Shown here: positions 21,080-31,100 of the stretch, in pieces
Numbering within the stretch: position 1 is the first letter of the stretch
How the letters are laid out: every line of letters starts with the position of its first letter
Assembly (NCBI RefSeq): GCF_964059055.1
Contig: NZ_OZ060386.1
Location: 240,001-272,000 of the forward strand
Source of the DNA: Buchnera aphidicola (Neophyllaphis podocarpi)
GTDB taxonomy: Bacteria; Pseudomonadota; Gammaproteobacteria; Enterobacterales; Enterobacteriaceae
DNA: 32,000 nt
Direction of reading: 5' to 3'
The notes under the pieces: model-generated
What the model saw: the letters and a program-made list of their open reading frames with translations, nothing else
The model's database searches: none
What the model was told of the DNA's origin: nothing
Made by a program: the position numbers and the translations under genes

Positions 21080-21229
21080 GTGATTTTCTTTTATATATTT
21101 AATATCTTTATTATAAATTATATTTAATATATAAAAAATATTTTTAATTTATATATTTTATAATATAATTGTTTATATAAAAATATAATTTTCTTTTCAA
21201 ATTAAAACTATTAAAATGATAATATAATA

Positions 21230-22369
21230 ATGAATAATAAAAAATATATAAATAAAGTTATAGTAGGAATCTCTGGAGGTGTAGATTCTGCTGTTTCTGC
21301 TTGGTTATTAAAAAAGCAAAATTATCAAGTAGAAGGATTATTTATGAAAAACTGGGAAGAAGATGATGAAAATAAACAATGTAATTCATATCAGGATTTA
21401 AATGATGCAAAATCTATTTGTAAAAGTATAGGAATAAAGTTACATAAAATAAATTTTTCTTCAGAATATTGGGATTATGTTTTTAAAAATTTTATTTATG
21501 AATACAAAAAAGGAAGAACCCCTAATCCTGATATTTTATGTAATAAAAAGATTAAATTTAAGTTTTTTTTAGATTTTGCGATTAAAGAACTTAAAGCTGA
21601 TTATATAGCAACAGGACATTACGTAATTAAAAAAAAAATTAATAAAGAAACATTTTTATGTAAAGGTTTTGATTATACAAAAGATCAAAGTTATTTTTTA
21701 CATTGTTTGAATCAAAATCAATTAAGTAAAAGTTTGTTTCCTTTAGGTAGATTTAAAAAAAAATATGTAAGAGAAATAGCTAAAAATATAGGATTATCAG
21801 TAGCTAACAAAAAAGATTCAACAGGAATATGTTTTATAGGACCTAAAAATATAAATATATTTTTAAAAAAATACATTAGTTCTGAATCTGGTAATATAGT
21901 TAATACAAATAATAAAATTATAGGAAAGCATTCTGGTTTAATACATTATACTATAGGTCAAAGGAAAGGTTTAAAAATAGGAGGTATAAAAAATAATTTA
22001 ATTAATAAACCATGGTATGTAATAAAAAAAGATATTTTAAAAAATATTTTAGTAGTTGATCAAGGAAATTATAGTAAAAATTTGATGTCTATTGGATTAA
22101 TTGCCAATCAATTAAATTGGATTAATAAAGATACTTTAACATTTCCGATTCATTGTAACGCAAAAACTAGATATAGACAGTATGATGTTTTTTGTAAAGT
22201 TCATAAAATTTCAAGATTTTATATAAAAGTAATTTTTAACAAACCTGTTTGTGCAGTAACTCCAGGACAATATGTAGTCTTTTATATTAAAAATATTTGT
22301 TTGGGAGGAGGGGTTATAGATAAAAACATACCTGTCATAAAAGATGATACAAGTAATTTAATTGACTAA
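21230..22369 (+). CDS. mnmA: tRNA-specific 2-thiouridylase
   Basis: The 379-aa ORF has the PP-loop VGISGGVDSAVSA.LL, G.FMKNWEEDD, GRTPNPDI.CN, IATGHY, KDQSYFL and DSTGICFIG. Confidence 0.93.
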   Translation: MNNKKYINKVIVGISGGVDSAVSAWLLKKQNYQVEGLFMKNWEEDDENKQCNSYQDLNDAKSICKSIGIKLHKINFSSEYWDYVFKNFIYEYKKGRTPNPDILCNKKIKFKFFLDFAIKELKADYIATGHYVIKKKINKETFLCKGFDYTKDQSYFLHCLNQNQLSKSLFPLGRFKKKYVREIAKNIGLSVANKKDSTGICFIGPKNINIFLKKYISSESGNIVNTNNKIIGKHSGLIHYTIGQRKGLKIGGIKNNLINKPWYVIKKDILKNILVVDQGNYSKNLMSIGLIANQLNWINKDTLTFPIHCNAKTRYRQYDVFCKVHKISRFYIKVIFNKPVCAVTPGQYVVFYIKNICLGGGVIDKNIPVIKDDTSNLID

Positions 22370-22464
22370 TATTTTTATAGAAATAATGATTAATTGAATT
22401 TTTGTTTAAACAATTTATAAAATTTATATTTTTAAAACTTAATAAAAGGTAATTAATTAAAATT

Positions 22465-23832
22465 ATGTCATATTTAAATGTTATTTCTCCTATAGATGGA
22501 AGATATAATAGTACTACAATTAGATTAAGAAAAATTTTTAGTGAATATGAATTTATTAAAATTAGAGTTAAAATAGAATTATATTGGATTATTAAACTAT
22601 CTGAAAATAAATTGATAAAAGAAATTGATCATTTTGACTCAAAAACTATAAAAATATTAAATCGTATATATAAAAATTTTAATTTAAATGATGCAAAAAG
22701 AATAAAAGAAATAGAAAAAATTACTAGACATGATGTAAAATCAATAGAATATTTTTTGAAAGAGAAATTTTCTAATCATGTTAAGTTAAATAAAATTAAA
22801 GAATTCATTCATTTTGCTTGCACTTCAGAAGATATTAATAATATTGCTTATGCATTAATGATAAAAAAAACTAAGGAAACTATAATAATACCTTTTTGGA
22901 AAGAAATAATAAAACATCTTAAATCAATTGCTTTAAAATATTCTAATATATCTATGTTATCTAGAACTCATGGTCAGCCAGCTACCCCTTCTACTATAGG
23001 TAAAGAATTTATAAATTTTATTTATAGAATGAACCATCAATTAAATATTTTAAGTAAAATTAAGATCTTAGGTAAAATAAATGGATCAGTAGGTAATTAT
23101 AATGCTCATTATATTGCTTATCCTAAAATAAATTGGATTAAAATTAGTGAAGAGTTTATTAAATCTCTAGGAATTTATAATAACTTTTGTACAACTCAAA
23201 TAGAACCTCATGATTATATAGCTGAATTATTTGATTGTATATCTAGATTTAATACAGTTCTTATTAATATAAATAGAGATATATGGGGTTATATTTCTTT
23301 AAATTATTTTAAACAAAAAATTTTAAATTCTCTTGAGATAGGATCATCTGTCATGCCTCATAAAGTTAATCCTATTAATTTTGAAAATTCTGAAGGAAAT
23401 TTGGGTTTATCTAATGCTTTAATGAAACATATGACAGAAAAATTACCAATTTCAAGATGGCAAAGAGATTTGAGCGATTCTACTGTCATGAGAAATATTG
23501 GAGTTGCATTTAGTTACTCTGTTATAGCTTATGATTCATTTATAAATGGTATAAATAAAATAGATATAAATATAGAAAAAATAAAAAGTGATTTAGATAG
23601 TCAATGGATTTTATTAGCAGAACCTATTCAAACTATTATGCGTAAATATAATATTTTAAATTCATATGAAAAATTAAAAAAATTAACTAGAGGCAAAGAG
23701 ATTACACAGGAAAATATAATAAAATTTATTGATTCTTTATCTATACCTGAAAAAGAAAAGAAAATATTAAGATTATTATCTCCTTCTAAATATATAGGAA
23801 AGTCTAAAGAAATTGTAAATAAATTTTTATAG
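22465..23832 (+). CDS. purB: Adenylosuccinate lyase
   Basis: The 455-aa ORF (E. coli 456 aa) has SPIDGRY, FACTSEDINN, SRTHGQPATPST.GKE and the signature GSS.MPHKVNPI.FENSEGN. Confidence 0.95.
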   Translation: MSYLNVISPIDGRYNSTTIRLRKIFSEYEFIKIRVKIELYWIIKLSENKLIKEIDHFDSKTIKILNRIYKNFNLNDAKRIKEIEKITRHDVKSIEYFLKEKFSNHVKLNKIKEFIHFACTSEDINNIAYALMIKKTKETIIIPFWKEIIKHLKSIALKYSNISMLSRTHGQPATPSTIGKEFINFIYRMNHQLNILSKIKILGKINGSVGNYNAHYIAYPKINWIKISEEFIKSLGIYNNFCTTQIEPHDYIAELFDCISRFNTVLININRDIWGYISLNYFKQKILNSLEIGSSVMPHKVNPINFENSEGNLGLSNALMKHMTEKLPISRWQRDLSDSTVMRNIGVAFSYSVIAYDSFINGINKIDINIEKIKSDLDSQWILLAEPIQTIMRKYNILNSYEKLKKLTRGKEITQENIIKFIDSLSIPEKEKKILRLLSPSKYIGKSKEIVNKFL

Positions 23833-23846
23833 TTATTAAATGTAGT

Positions 23847-23875
23847 TTTTATATTTTTATTTTAAAAATATAAAA
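23847..23875 (+). terminator. Weak candidate hairpin just after the purB stop (all A-T)
   Basis: TTTTATATTTTTA / loop TTT / TAAAAATATAAAA forms a perfect 13-bp stem with no G-C pair, 15 nt downstream of the purB stop. Such palindromes are expected by chance in this composition. Confidence 0.2.
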
Positions 23876-23963
23876 TTATTGCAAAGATAATATATTTTAT
23901 TTTTTAAAATAAATTATAGTTATATATGAAAAAAGTATTATAAATTATTTTTTTGGGAAATTT

Positions 23964-24728
23964 ATGAAATTGTTATCAGGTAAAAAAATTTTAATTACAG
24001 GTATAACTAATAAGATGTCTATAGCATATGGTATAGCTAAAACTATGCATGAACATGATGCTATTTTGTCATTTACTTATCAAAATATTAAAATAAAAAA
24101 TAAAATAAAAAAACTTACAAAAGAATTTAAATCAACTTTGTTAATTAATTGTGATGTTACTAGTGATACTAGTATAAAAAAATTATTCTTAACTCTTAGT
24201 AAAAAATGGAATACATTTGACTGTATTGTACACTCTATAGCTTATTCTCCTAATTATCAGTTATACGGTAGTTATATTGATTCTATAAATAGAAATGATT
24301 TTCAAACTGTTCATGATATAACTTCATATAGTTTTGTAGCTCTAGCAAAATATGGAATAAATTATTTAAATTCCGGGTCATCATTAATAACTATTTCTTA
24401 TTTAGGCTCACAACGAGCTATTCAAAATTATAATATAATGGGAGTTGCAAAAGCTTCGTTAGAATCTAATGTTAGGTATATGTCTAAAGATTTAGGTCCA
24501 ATGAATATAAGAGTTAATGCTATATCTTCTGGTCCTATTAAAACAATTTCATCTTCATGTATCAAAAATTTTCGTAGAGTATTTTCAGATAATGCTTCTA
24601 ATTCTCCTCTCCGTAAGAACGTTACTATAAAAGATATAGGTAATGTTGCTGTTTTTTTATCTTCTAATTTATCCAGCTCTATTACAGGACAAATAATTTA
24701 TGTAGATGGAGGATTTAGCATAATATAG
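23964..24728 (+). CDS. fabI: Enoyl-[acyl-carrier-protein] reductase (NADH)
   Basis: The 254-aa ORF has LSGK.IL.TG...K.SIAYGIA..MH, HSIA..P, SYSFVA.AK, SYLG..RAI.NYN.MG.AKASLE.NVRY and RVNAIS.GPI.T, as in E. coli FabI. Confidence 0.95.
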   Translation: MKLLSGKKILITGITNKMSIAYGIAKTMHEHDAILSFTYQNIKIKNKIKKLTKEFKSTLLINCDVTSDTSIKKLFLTLSKKWNTFDCIVHSIAYSPNYQLYGSYIDSINRNDFQTVHDITSYSFVALAKYGINYLNSGSSLITISYLGSQRAIQNYNIMGVAKASLESNVRYMSKDLGPMNIRVNAISSGPIKTISSSCIKNFRRVFSDNASNSPLRKNVTIKDIGNVAVFLSSNLSSSITGQIIYVDGGFSII

Positions 24729-24815
24729 ATATTATTTTTAATATTAATAATTTAATAAATTAACATTAAAAATAATTATCTGTATTTTATTTAAACTAAA
24801 TTCAGGAAATAATAA

Positions 24816-26765
24816 ATGTTTCAAAATAATGATGTACTTATAGAATTAAAAAAAAAATTAAATTCTAGGCTACCTCGTGTAGAAGGTATTGTTAAGAGCA
24901 ATGAAAAAGGTTTTGGTTTTCTAGAAATAGATCATAAAAAGAGTTATTTTATTCCTCCCGGAAAAATGAATAAAATTATGCATGGAGATAAAATTATTGC
25001 TAAATTAGATTATGTTAATAACAGAGAAGTAGCAATACCTGAAAAATTAATTGAACCTATTTTAACTCGTTTTATAGGTCAAGTTAAGAAAAAAGAAAAA
25101 AAAATATTTATCATTCCTGATTATCCATTTTTTAAAAAATTTATACCTTGCTCAATAGAAGACGGGATAAATCATAAGTTAAAAGACTATGATTGGGTAG
25201 TTGCACACTTAATTCACCATAAATTAAATAATTATTGTGATTTTTATGCTAAAATAACTGAGTTTATTATTAGTAACAATGACTATTTAGTCCCTTGGTT
25301 TGTTACTTTATCTAAATATAATCTTCAAAAGTATGAACCTAAGATAAAAATTAAAAAAAATTTAATAGATGAAAATTGCTATAGAAAAGATTTAACTAGT
25401 TTAGATTTTATTACAATAGATAATTTTAATACTCAAGATATAGATGATGCTCTATTTGCAAAAAAAGTTTCTGAAGATATTATTTGTTTAACAGTGGCTA
25501 TAGCTGATCCTACATCATATTTTAATTCTGGTAGTGAAATTGATTTAATTGCTATGGATCGAAGCTTTACAAATTATTTACCTGGTTTTAATATTCCTAT
25601 GTTACCCAGATATTTATCTGAAGATTTATGCTCTTTAAAACCTAAGGTACGTAGACCAGTTATTGCCTGCGAAATTTATATTCAATCAAATGGAAATATA
25701 ATTAAAGACAAAACAAAATTTTTTTTAGCATGGATTAAATCTAAGTTAAAATTGTCTTATGAAATTGTTGCAAATTATATAACAAATAAATCTAATACTT
25801 ACATAAATAGTAATATTATAAATCAAATTGAACTATTAAATATAGTCTGTAATAGACGTTTAAAATGGAGAAAAAAATATGCTTTAGTTTTTCAAAATAA
25901 TCCTGAATATTATTTTCAAATAGGAGAAAAATATGAAGTTAAAAATATTATTATAGAACATAGAAATATAGCTCACCAAATAGTTGAAGAAGCAATGATT
26001 GCCGCTAATATATGTGCAGCACATATTTTATCAAATAAATTAAAATTTGGAATATATAATACTCATATTGGTTTTGATTCACTAAATGCTGAAAATGTAA
26101 TAAAAATTTTAGATAAATATTCTATTAAATACGAAAAAGGTGATTTTTCAAAATCTTTAATTACTACATTAAAAGGTTTTAAGATTTTAAGAAATGTTTT
26201 AGATAAAATATCTAATAAATATATAAACAATAAAATCAAAAAATTACAATCGTTTGTTGAAATAAGCTTAACACCCAAACCTCATTTTGCTTTGGGATTA
26301 GAATCCTATGCAACATGGACATCTCCAATTCGTAAATATACAGATATAATAAATCACAGATTAATAAAATCTATAATAAATAAAGAAAAAATTAATAAAC
26401 CAAAAAAAAATATTTTATTAAAAATAATTGATTCTAAAAGAAAAAATAGATTATCTGAAAGAGATGTTACAGACTGGTTATATACAATTTTTCTTCAAAA
26501 AATAAGATTTGATAAAGAAATTTTTATTGCAGAAATTGTTGATATATATAGAGGAGGTGTAAGAGTTAGGTTATTAAAATTTGGTGCATATGCTTTTATA
26601 CCAGCACCTTTTATTCATAAAATAAGAAATGAATTAATTTGTAATAAAGAAGATGGTACTGTTAAAATAAATAATATTTTGATTTATAGTATAGGAGATG
26701 AGATAAAAGTTAAAATAATAGAGATAAAAACAAATACTCGTAGTGTTATAGTTAAACCTATATAA
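24816..26765 (+). CDS. rnb: Exoribonuclease II
   Basis: The 649-aa ORF (E. coli 644 aa) has the N-terminus MFQNN..L..LKK.L.S..PR.EG.VK..EKGFGFLE.D..KSYFIPP..M.K.MHGD.I, specific for RNase II. It also has the RNB motifs (D.DDAL, ATWTSPIRKY.D..NHR) and a C-terminal S1-like domain. Confidence 0.93.
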   Translation: MFQNNDVLIELKKKLNSRLPRVEGIVKSNEKGFGFLEIDHKKSYFIPPGKMNKIMHGDKIIAKLDYVNNREVAIPEKLIEPILTRFIGQVKKKEKKIFIIPDYPFFKKFIPCSIEDGINHKLKDYDWVVAHLIHHKLNNYCDFYAKITEFIISNNDYLVPWFVTLSKYNLQKYEPKIKIKKNLIDENCYRKDLTSLDFITIDNFNTQDIDDALFAKKVSEDIICLTVAIADPTSYFNSGSEIDLIAMDRSFTNYLPGFNIPMLPRYLSEDLCSLKPKVRRPVIACEIYIQSNGNIIKDKTKFFLAWIKSKLKLSYEIVANYITNKSNTYINSNIINQIELLNIVCNRRLKWRKKYALVFQNNPEYYFQIGEKYEVKNIIIEHRNIAHQIVEEAMIAANICAAHILSNKLKFGIYNTHIGFDSLNAENVIKILDKYSIKYEKGDFSKSLITTLKGFKILRNVLDKISNKYINNKIKKLQSFVEISLTPKPHFALGLESYATWTSPIRKYTDIINHRLIKSIINKEKINKPKKNILLKIIDSKRKNRLSERDVTDWLYTIFLQKIRFDKEIFIAEIVDIYRGGVRVRLLKFGAYAFIPAPFIHKIRNELICNKEDGTVKINNILIYSIGDEIKVKIIEIKTNTRSVIVKPI

Positions 26766-26929
26766 TAAATTTTATGGTAATCTATTTATAATTTTATGTC
26801 ATCAAACAAAAATAATTTATAAAAAATAAATTTTTAATAAGAACATTTTATTTTATTTTTTTGGTTTTTTACTTTTCGTAAAAATAAATTTTACATTTTA
26901 TTCTATATTTATAAATATAGGAGTTAAAT

Positions 26930-27553
26930 ATGGATCTATCAGCTTTTAATTTTTCTGAATATTTTAAATTCTTTATAGGATTATTCGTTTTAGTTAATCC
27001 TATAGGTATTATGCCTATATTCATTAGTATGACTAGCCGACAAAAATCTAAAGATAGAAATAAAACTAATCTAATAGCAAATTTGTCATCAGCTATTATT
27101 ATGTTTATATCTTTATTATTTGGTAATTTCATATTAAATATTTTTGGTATTTCTATTAATTCTTTTCGTATTTCAGGAGGTATTTTAGTATCAATTGTAG
27201 CTATGTCAATGATTACAGGTAAAATTAATAAAAAAGATAAAAATACTAAAAATTTAGAAGATATTTCTGTAATACCTCTAGCTATGCCTTTAATTTCAGG
27301 TCCTGGAGTAATTAGTTCTATAATAATTTTTAGTACACATCATTATAACATATTGGGTTTATTATTTAGTAGTTTTATAATAGTATTATTTTCTGTTTTA
27401 TGTTTTTTATTTTTTTTGCTGGCTCCTAGTATAGTAAAAATTTTAGGTAAAACTGGAATTAATATCTTAACTAGAATTATGGGATTATTATTAATGTCTT
27501 TAAGTATTGAATTTATTATCAATGGAATTAAGTCATCTTTTACTTTATTATAA
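26930..27553 (+). CDS. MarC/UPF0056 family integral membrane protein (YchE/MarC-like)
   Basis: The 207-aa multi-TM ORF has the family motifs FGISINSFRISGGILVS, VIPLAMPLISGPGVISS and SIEFIINGI (compare E. coli MarC FGISIPGLRIAGGLIVA, FVPLAMPSTAGPGTIA, GVQFIINGI). A good RBS (TAGGAG) lies upstream. Confidence 0.8.
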   Translation: MDLSAFNFSEYFKFFIGLFVLVNPIGIMPIFISMTSRQKSKDRNKTNLIANLSSAIIMFISLLFGNFILNIFGISINSFRISGGILVSIVAMSMITGKINKKDKNTKNLEDISVIPLAMPLISGPGVISSIIIFSTHHYNILGLLFSSFIIVLFSVLCFLFFLLAPSIVKILGKTGINILTRIMGLLLMSLSIEFIINGIKSSFTLL

Positions 27554-27588
27554 AATAAATCTTTTATAAATCTATATAGGATATTTTA

Positions 27589-28239
27589 TTGAAAAATAAA
27601 ATTGTGATTGTTAGAGATTGGAAATTAAGTTATTGGAGTTTACTTTCTGATTCAATGTACATTTTCACTAAAAAAAGAAATTCTAAAACTTTTGACGAAA
27701 TATGGTTAGCTGAACATTATCCTGTTTTTACTATAGGAAAATCTGGAAATAAAAATGATATTTTTCATAAAAGTTCAATTCCTATTATGTATAGTAATAG
27801 AGGAGGTAAAGTAACTTATCATGGACCAGGTCAATTGTTGGTATATTTTTTATTTAATTTAAAACGTCTAAATATATCTATCAAGCAATTAGTTTATTTA
27901 ATTGAATTATCAATTATAAAAACATTAGACTATTTTAATATAAAATCAAAAATCAAAAATAATCATCCTGGTGTTTTTGTAAATGAATATAAAATATGTT
28001 TTTTAGGTTTAAAAATTATACAAGGTTGTTCGTTACATGGTATATCATTAAATATAAATATGGACTTAAAACCTTTTAGCTATATAATTCCATGCGGAAA
28101 TAAAAACATCAGAGTAACTCAAATGACTAATTTTATATCTCCAATAAATAATTTATTAATAAAAAAAATTTTATTACGTAAAATATGTAAACTATTTTTA
28201 TTTAATAAAATTATATTTAGTTCGCCTAATCTATACTAA
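27589..28239 (+). CDS. lipB: Octanoyltransferase (lipoyl(octanoyl) transferase)
   Basis: The 216-aa ORF has DEIWL.EHYPVFT.G, RGG.VTYHGPGQ and the catalytic PCG motif (IIPCGNKN). The start is TTG at 27589, because the first in-frame ATG would delete the conserved N-terminus. Confidence 0.88.
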   Translation: MKNKIVIVRDWKLSYWSLLSDSMYIFTKKRNSKTFDEIWLAEHYPVFTIGKSGNKNDIFHKSSIPIMYSNRGGKVTYHGPGQLLVYFLFNLKRLNISIKQLVYLIELSIIKTLDYFNIKSKIKNNHPGVFVNEYKICFLGLKIIQGCSLHGISLNINMDLKPFSYIIPCGNKNIRVTQMTNFISPINNLLIKKILLRKICKLFLFNKIIFSSPNLY

Positions 28240-28300
28240 AATATCTCAACTTTAAAAAATTTATTAATTAATTTTTATTTTAATAAAACAAAAATAATAT

Positions 28301-29233
28301 ATGAAACATAATTTAAAATTTAAATATATAAAAAAAAATCTTATTTCTAATAATAATATTAATTATTCTTATAAAAAATCATTAAGTAAACCTAGTTGGA
28401 TTAAAATAAAATTACCATCAGATTTTAGTACAATGCATAAAATAGAAAAATATATGAAAGAATATAATATTAATTCTGTTTGCAAAGAAGCTTTATGTCC
28501 TAATATCACAGAATGTTTTAATAATGGTACTGCTACTTTTATGATATTAGGTAAATTGTGTACTAGAATTTGTACTTTTTGTGCTGTAAAACATGGAAAA
28601 CCATTACTACCTAATCATAAAGAACCTGATAATATAGCTAATATAGTTAATTTAATGAATTTAAAATATGTTGTTATTACTTCTGTGACAAGAGACGATC
28701 TTAAAGATAGAGGAGTTAATCAGTTTACTAAATGTATTAAAAAGATTAGAAATTTAAAAAAAAATATTAAAATAGAAATCTTAGTTCCAGATTTTCATGG
28801 TTGTGTAAATTATGCAATAGAAGTCATTAGACAAGAACCGCCAGATGTTTTTAATCATAATTTAGAAAATGTACCTCGTCTTTATAAGCAAATAAGACCA
28901 CATGCAAATTATAAAAATTCACTAAATTTATTAAAAAAATTTAAAAAATTTAATCCACATGTCATTACAAAATCTGGTTTAATGTTGGGTCTAGGAGAAA
29001 CATTAGATGAAATTATTAATGTGATGTATGATTTAAGATCTCATGGTGTTTCTATGATTACTCTAGGTCAATATTTACAACCTAGTAAATTTCATTTGCC
29101 TGTATACAGATATTTGTTACCTGAAGAATTTAATCTATTATATAATAAAGCTAAATCTCTCGGATTTACTAATGCTTTTTGTGGTCCTTTTGTTAGATCT
29201 TCATATAATGCAGATTTACAACATAAAAATTAA
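28301..29233 (+). CDS. lipA: Lipoyl synthase (radical SAM)
   Basis: The 310-aa ORF has the auxiliary-cluster motif CKEALCPNITEC and the radical-SAM motif CTRICTFCAV. It also has VITSVTRDDL.D.G and the C-terminal FVRSSY.A. Confidence 0.95.
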   Translation: MKHNLKFKYIKKNLISNNNINYSYKKSLSKPSWIKIKLPSDFSTMHKIEKYMKEYNINSVCKEALCPNITECFNNGTATFMILGKLCTRICTFCAVKHGKPLLPNHKEPDNIANIVNLMNLKYVVITSVTRDDLKDRGVNQFTKCIKKIRNLKKNIKIEILVPDFHGCVNYAIEVIRQEPPDVFNHNLENVPRLYKQIRPHANYKNSLNLLKKFKKFNPHVITKSGLMLGLGETLDEIINVMYDLRSHGVSMITLGQYLQPSKFHLPVYRYLLPEEFNLLYNKAKSLGFTNAFCGPFVRSSYNADLQHKN

Positions 29234-29297
29234 TTAAATAAATTATTTATGCTATATCTATTTTATTTATATATCATAATATAAAGAGGTTATTATA

Positions 29298-30008
29298 TTG
29301 TTAAAATCAAAGAAAAAAAATAGAACTAAATTAATACTTGCTTTAGATTATAAAAATCTTAGTTCTGCATTATATATTTTGAATAATGTAAATCCACAAG
29401 ATTGTAAAATAAAAATAGGATTAGAAATGTTTATAAGATTTGGTCCTAAATTTGTACAAAAAGTACAAAATTTAGGATTTGATGTTTTTTTGGATTTAAA
29501 ATTTTTTGATATACCAAATACTGTTGCAAAAGCGGTTAAGTCGTCTGCTGATTTAGGAGTATGGATGATTAGTTTACATGCTATAGGAGGAGAGATCATG
29601 TTACAAGCAGCAAAAAATGCAATAGAAATTTTCAAAAAAGATTCTCCTATTTTAATTGCTGTTACTATTTTAACAAGTTTTAATGATAAAAGTCTTTCTA
29701 ATTTAAATTTCAATAATTCAATCAGATCTTATGTGCTAAATTTATCTAGAATTGCAAAAAATTGTGGGATGGATGGAATTGTATGTCCTGGAACAGAAGT
29801 TTTAAACATCAAAAAAAATGTAGGATTAGATTTAAAATTAATTACTCCTGGTATTAGAACACCTAATTATACAAAAGATGATCAAAAACAAACTATAACT
29901 TTAAAACAAGCAAAAGAATATGGTATTAATTACATAGTTATTGGTCGACCAATTACTGCATCTACAAATCCCTTAACAATACTAAGAAAAATTTTAAAAA
30001 AATTATAA
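29298..30008 (+). CDS. pyrF: Orotidine 5'-phosphate decarboxylase
   Basis: The 236-aa ORF has LALDY, FLDLKF.DIPNT.A.AV...ADLGVWM...HA.GG, LIAVT.LTS, G.DG.VC, TPGIR and VIGRP.T, as in E. coli PyrF. The start is TTG at 29298, with AAGAGG 8 nt upstream. The first ATG would remove the catalytic ALD region. Confidence 0.92.
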   Translation: MLKSKKKNRTKLILALDYKNLSSALYILNNVNPQDCKIKIGLEMFIRFGPKFVQKVQNLGFDVFLDLKFFDIPNTVAKAVKSSADLGVWMISLHAIGGEIMLQAAKNAIEIFKKDSPILIAVTILTSFNDKSLSNLNFNNSIRSYVLNLSRIAKNCGMDGIVCPGTEVLNIKKNVGLDLKLITPGIRTPNYTKDDQKQTITLKQAKEYGINYIVIGRPITASTNPLTILRKILKKL

Positions 30009-30026
30009 AAATAAAACAGTATATAT

Positions 30027-30239
30027 TTAAAATATCTTTTTAAGAATAGCAAATAAATATGTGATTAAAAAGCCTATTATAAATCCTATTACAAATGTTA
30101 AGATGATTAATTTAGATAAATTATATTTTATTTTATAAAACACTAAATTTAAAGTAATAATCTGATTATTGTATGCAAATATAACACTACATATTACAAT
30201 AATAAATAAAATAAATAAAATTACTAATAAATTTTTCAT
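30027..30239 (-). CDS. lapA: Small inner-membrane protein, LapA (YciS)-like, C-terminally short
   Basis: The 70-aa two-TM ORF follows the pattern MK.LL..L..L.I.VI......N.Q..T.N.......Y..S.L.....F..GF.IG.LI..LF, shared with E. coli LapA (102 aa). The RBS AAGGA lies 4 nt upstream. The location between pyrF and ribA matches the E. coli neighbourhood. Confidence 0.55.
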   Translation of the reverse strand: MKNLLVILFILFIIVICSVIFAYNNQIITLNLVFYKIKYNLSKLIILTFVIGFIIGFLITYLFAILKKIF

Positions 30240-30396
30240 AAGATCCTTATTTTTAACTGTTTATTAAACTAACAATTTACTTTATATTAAAACTGTTACT
30301 TAAATAACAAATATTGAAATAATATTCAACTAAAAATTAATTTTTTTGAAAATATTATATTATAATAAAAATTATTTTATTTTTACAAAAAAATTT

Positions 30397-30984
30397 ATGC
30401 AAATCAAAAAAATATCAGAAGCAATACTGCCTACTATTTGGGGTGATTTTACCATGATTGGTTTTGAGGAAAAATCAAATGGAAAAAATCATATTGCTCT
30501 TATCTATGGTGATTTTATTAATAATACATCTATATTAACTCGTATACATTCAGAATGTTTAACAGGAGATGCATTATTTAGTTTAAGATGTGACTGCGGA
30601 TTTCAATTAAAAACATCATTAGAAATGATATCTAGTATAGGTACAGGTATATTAATTTATCATCGTCAGGAAGGCAGGAATATTGGTTTAATTAATAAAA
30701 TTAAAGCTTATAATTTACAAGATAAAGGTTTAGATACTGTTGAAGCAAATCATAAATTAGGATTTAAGACAGACGAGAGAGATTTTACAATTTGTTCTGA
30801 CATATTAGAAATATTAAATGTGAAAAAAGTTAGATTATTAACTAATAATCCAAAAAAATTAAATTCGCTTAAAAAATCAGGAATAAATATAATAGAAAGA
30901 GTTCCTTTGATAGTAGGAAGAAATAATAAAAACTCTAAGTATTTAGATACCAAAGAAAATAAAATGGGTCATATATTATCATAG
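30397..30984 (+). CDS. ribA: GTP cyclohydrolase II
   Basis: From the ATG at 30397 the product is 195 aa (E. coli RibA is 196 aa). [18 protein letters not shown] aligns with E. coli MQLKRVAEAKLPTPWGDF. Other matches are the zinc motif [38 protein letters not shown] and RLLTNNPKK. The ORF-track start (TTG at 30346) adds 17 unsupported residues. Confidence 0.93.
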   Translation: MQIKKISEAILPTIWGDFTMIGFEEKSNGKNHIALIYGDFINNTSILTRIHSECLTGDALFSLRCDCGFQLKTSLEMISSIGTGILIYHRQEGRNIGLINKIKAYNLQDKGLDTVEANHKLGFKTDERDFTICSDILEILNVKKVRLLTNNPKKLNSLKKSGINIIERVPLIVGRNNKNSKYLDTKENKMGHILS

Positions 30985-31100
30985 AAAATAATTTATAAAT
31001 ATTAAAATTTAATTTATAATTTTAATATTTATATTAATAGAAATTATTTGTAATTTTGTTTTTGCTTTTATAAAATAATTATTATTTATTTTTTAAAATC

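Noticed and set aside
26866-26884. A TTTTTAC / TTTTC / GTAAAAA hairpin downstream of rnb.
   Set aside because: The 7-bp stem has a single G-C pair. It is indistinguishable from chance palindromes in this composition.
26063-27132. Minus-strand ORFs 26063-26278 (inside rnb) and 26869-27132 (overlapping the start of the MarC-family gene).
   Set aside because: They are antisense to well-supported genes. The 26869-27132 ORF has no RBS, and its sequence is low-complexity.
29348-29713. A 121-aa minus-strand ORF inside pyrF, surprisingly long for this composition.
   Set aside because: The sense strand encodes a full-length, motif-complete PyrF. The antisense frame is open because this stretch is relatively GC-richer, and I recognise no similarity. 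It is worth no more than a glance in strand-specific expression data.
30346-30396. The 17-codon N-terminal extension of ribA from a TTG start, as given in the ORF track.
   Set aside because: Alignment with E. coli RibA begins exactly at the internal ATG (30397, [13 protein letters not shown] against MQLKRVAEAKLPT) and gives essentially the E. coli length. The extension ([17 protein letters not shown]) looks like translated spacer.
30750-30953. A 67-aa minus-strand ORF inside ribA.
   Set aside because: It is an antisense shadow of conserved ribA.
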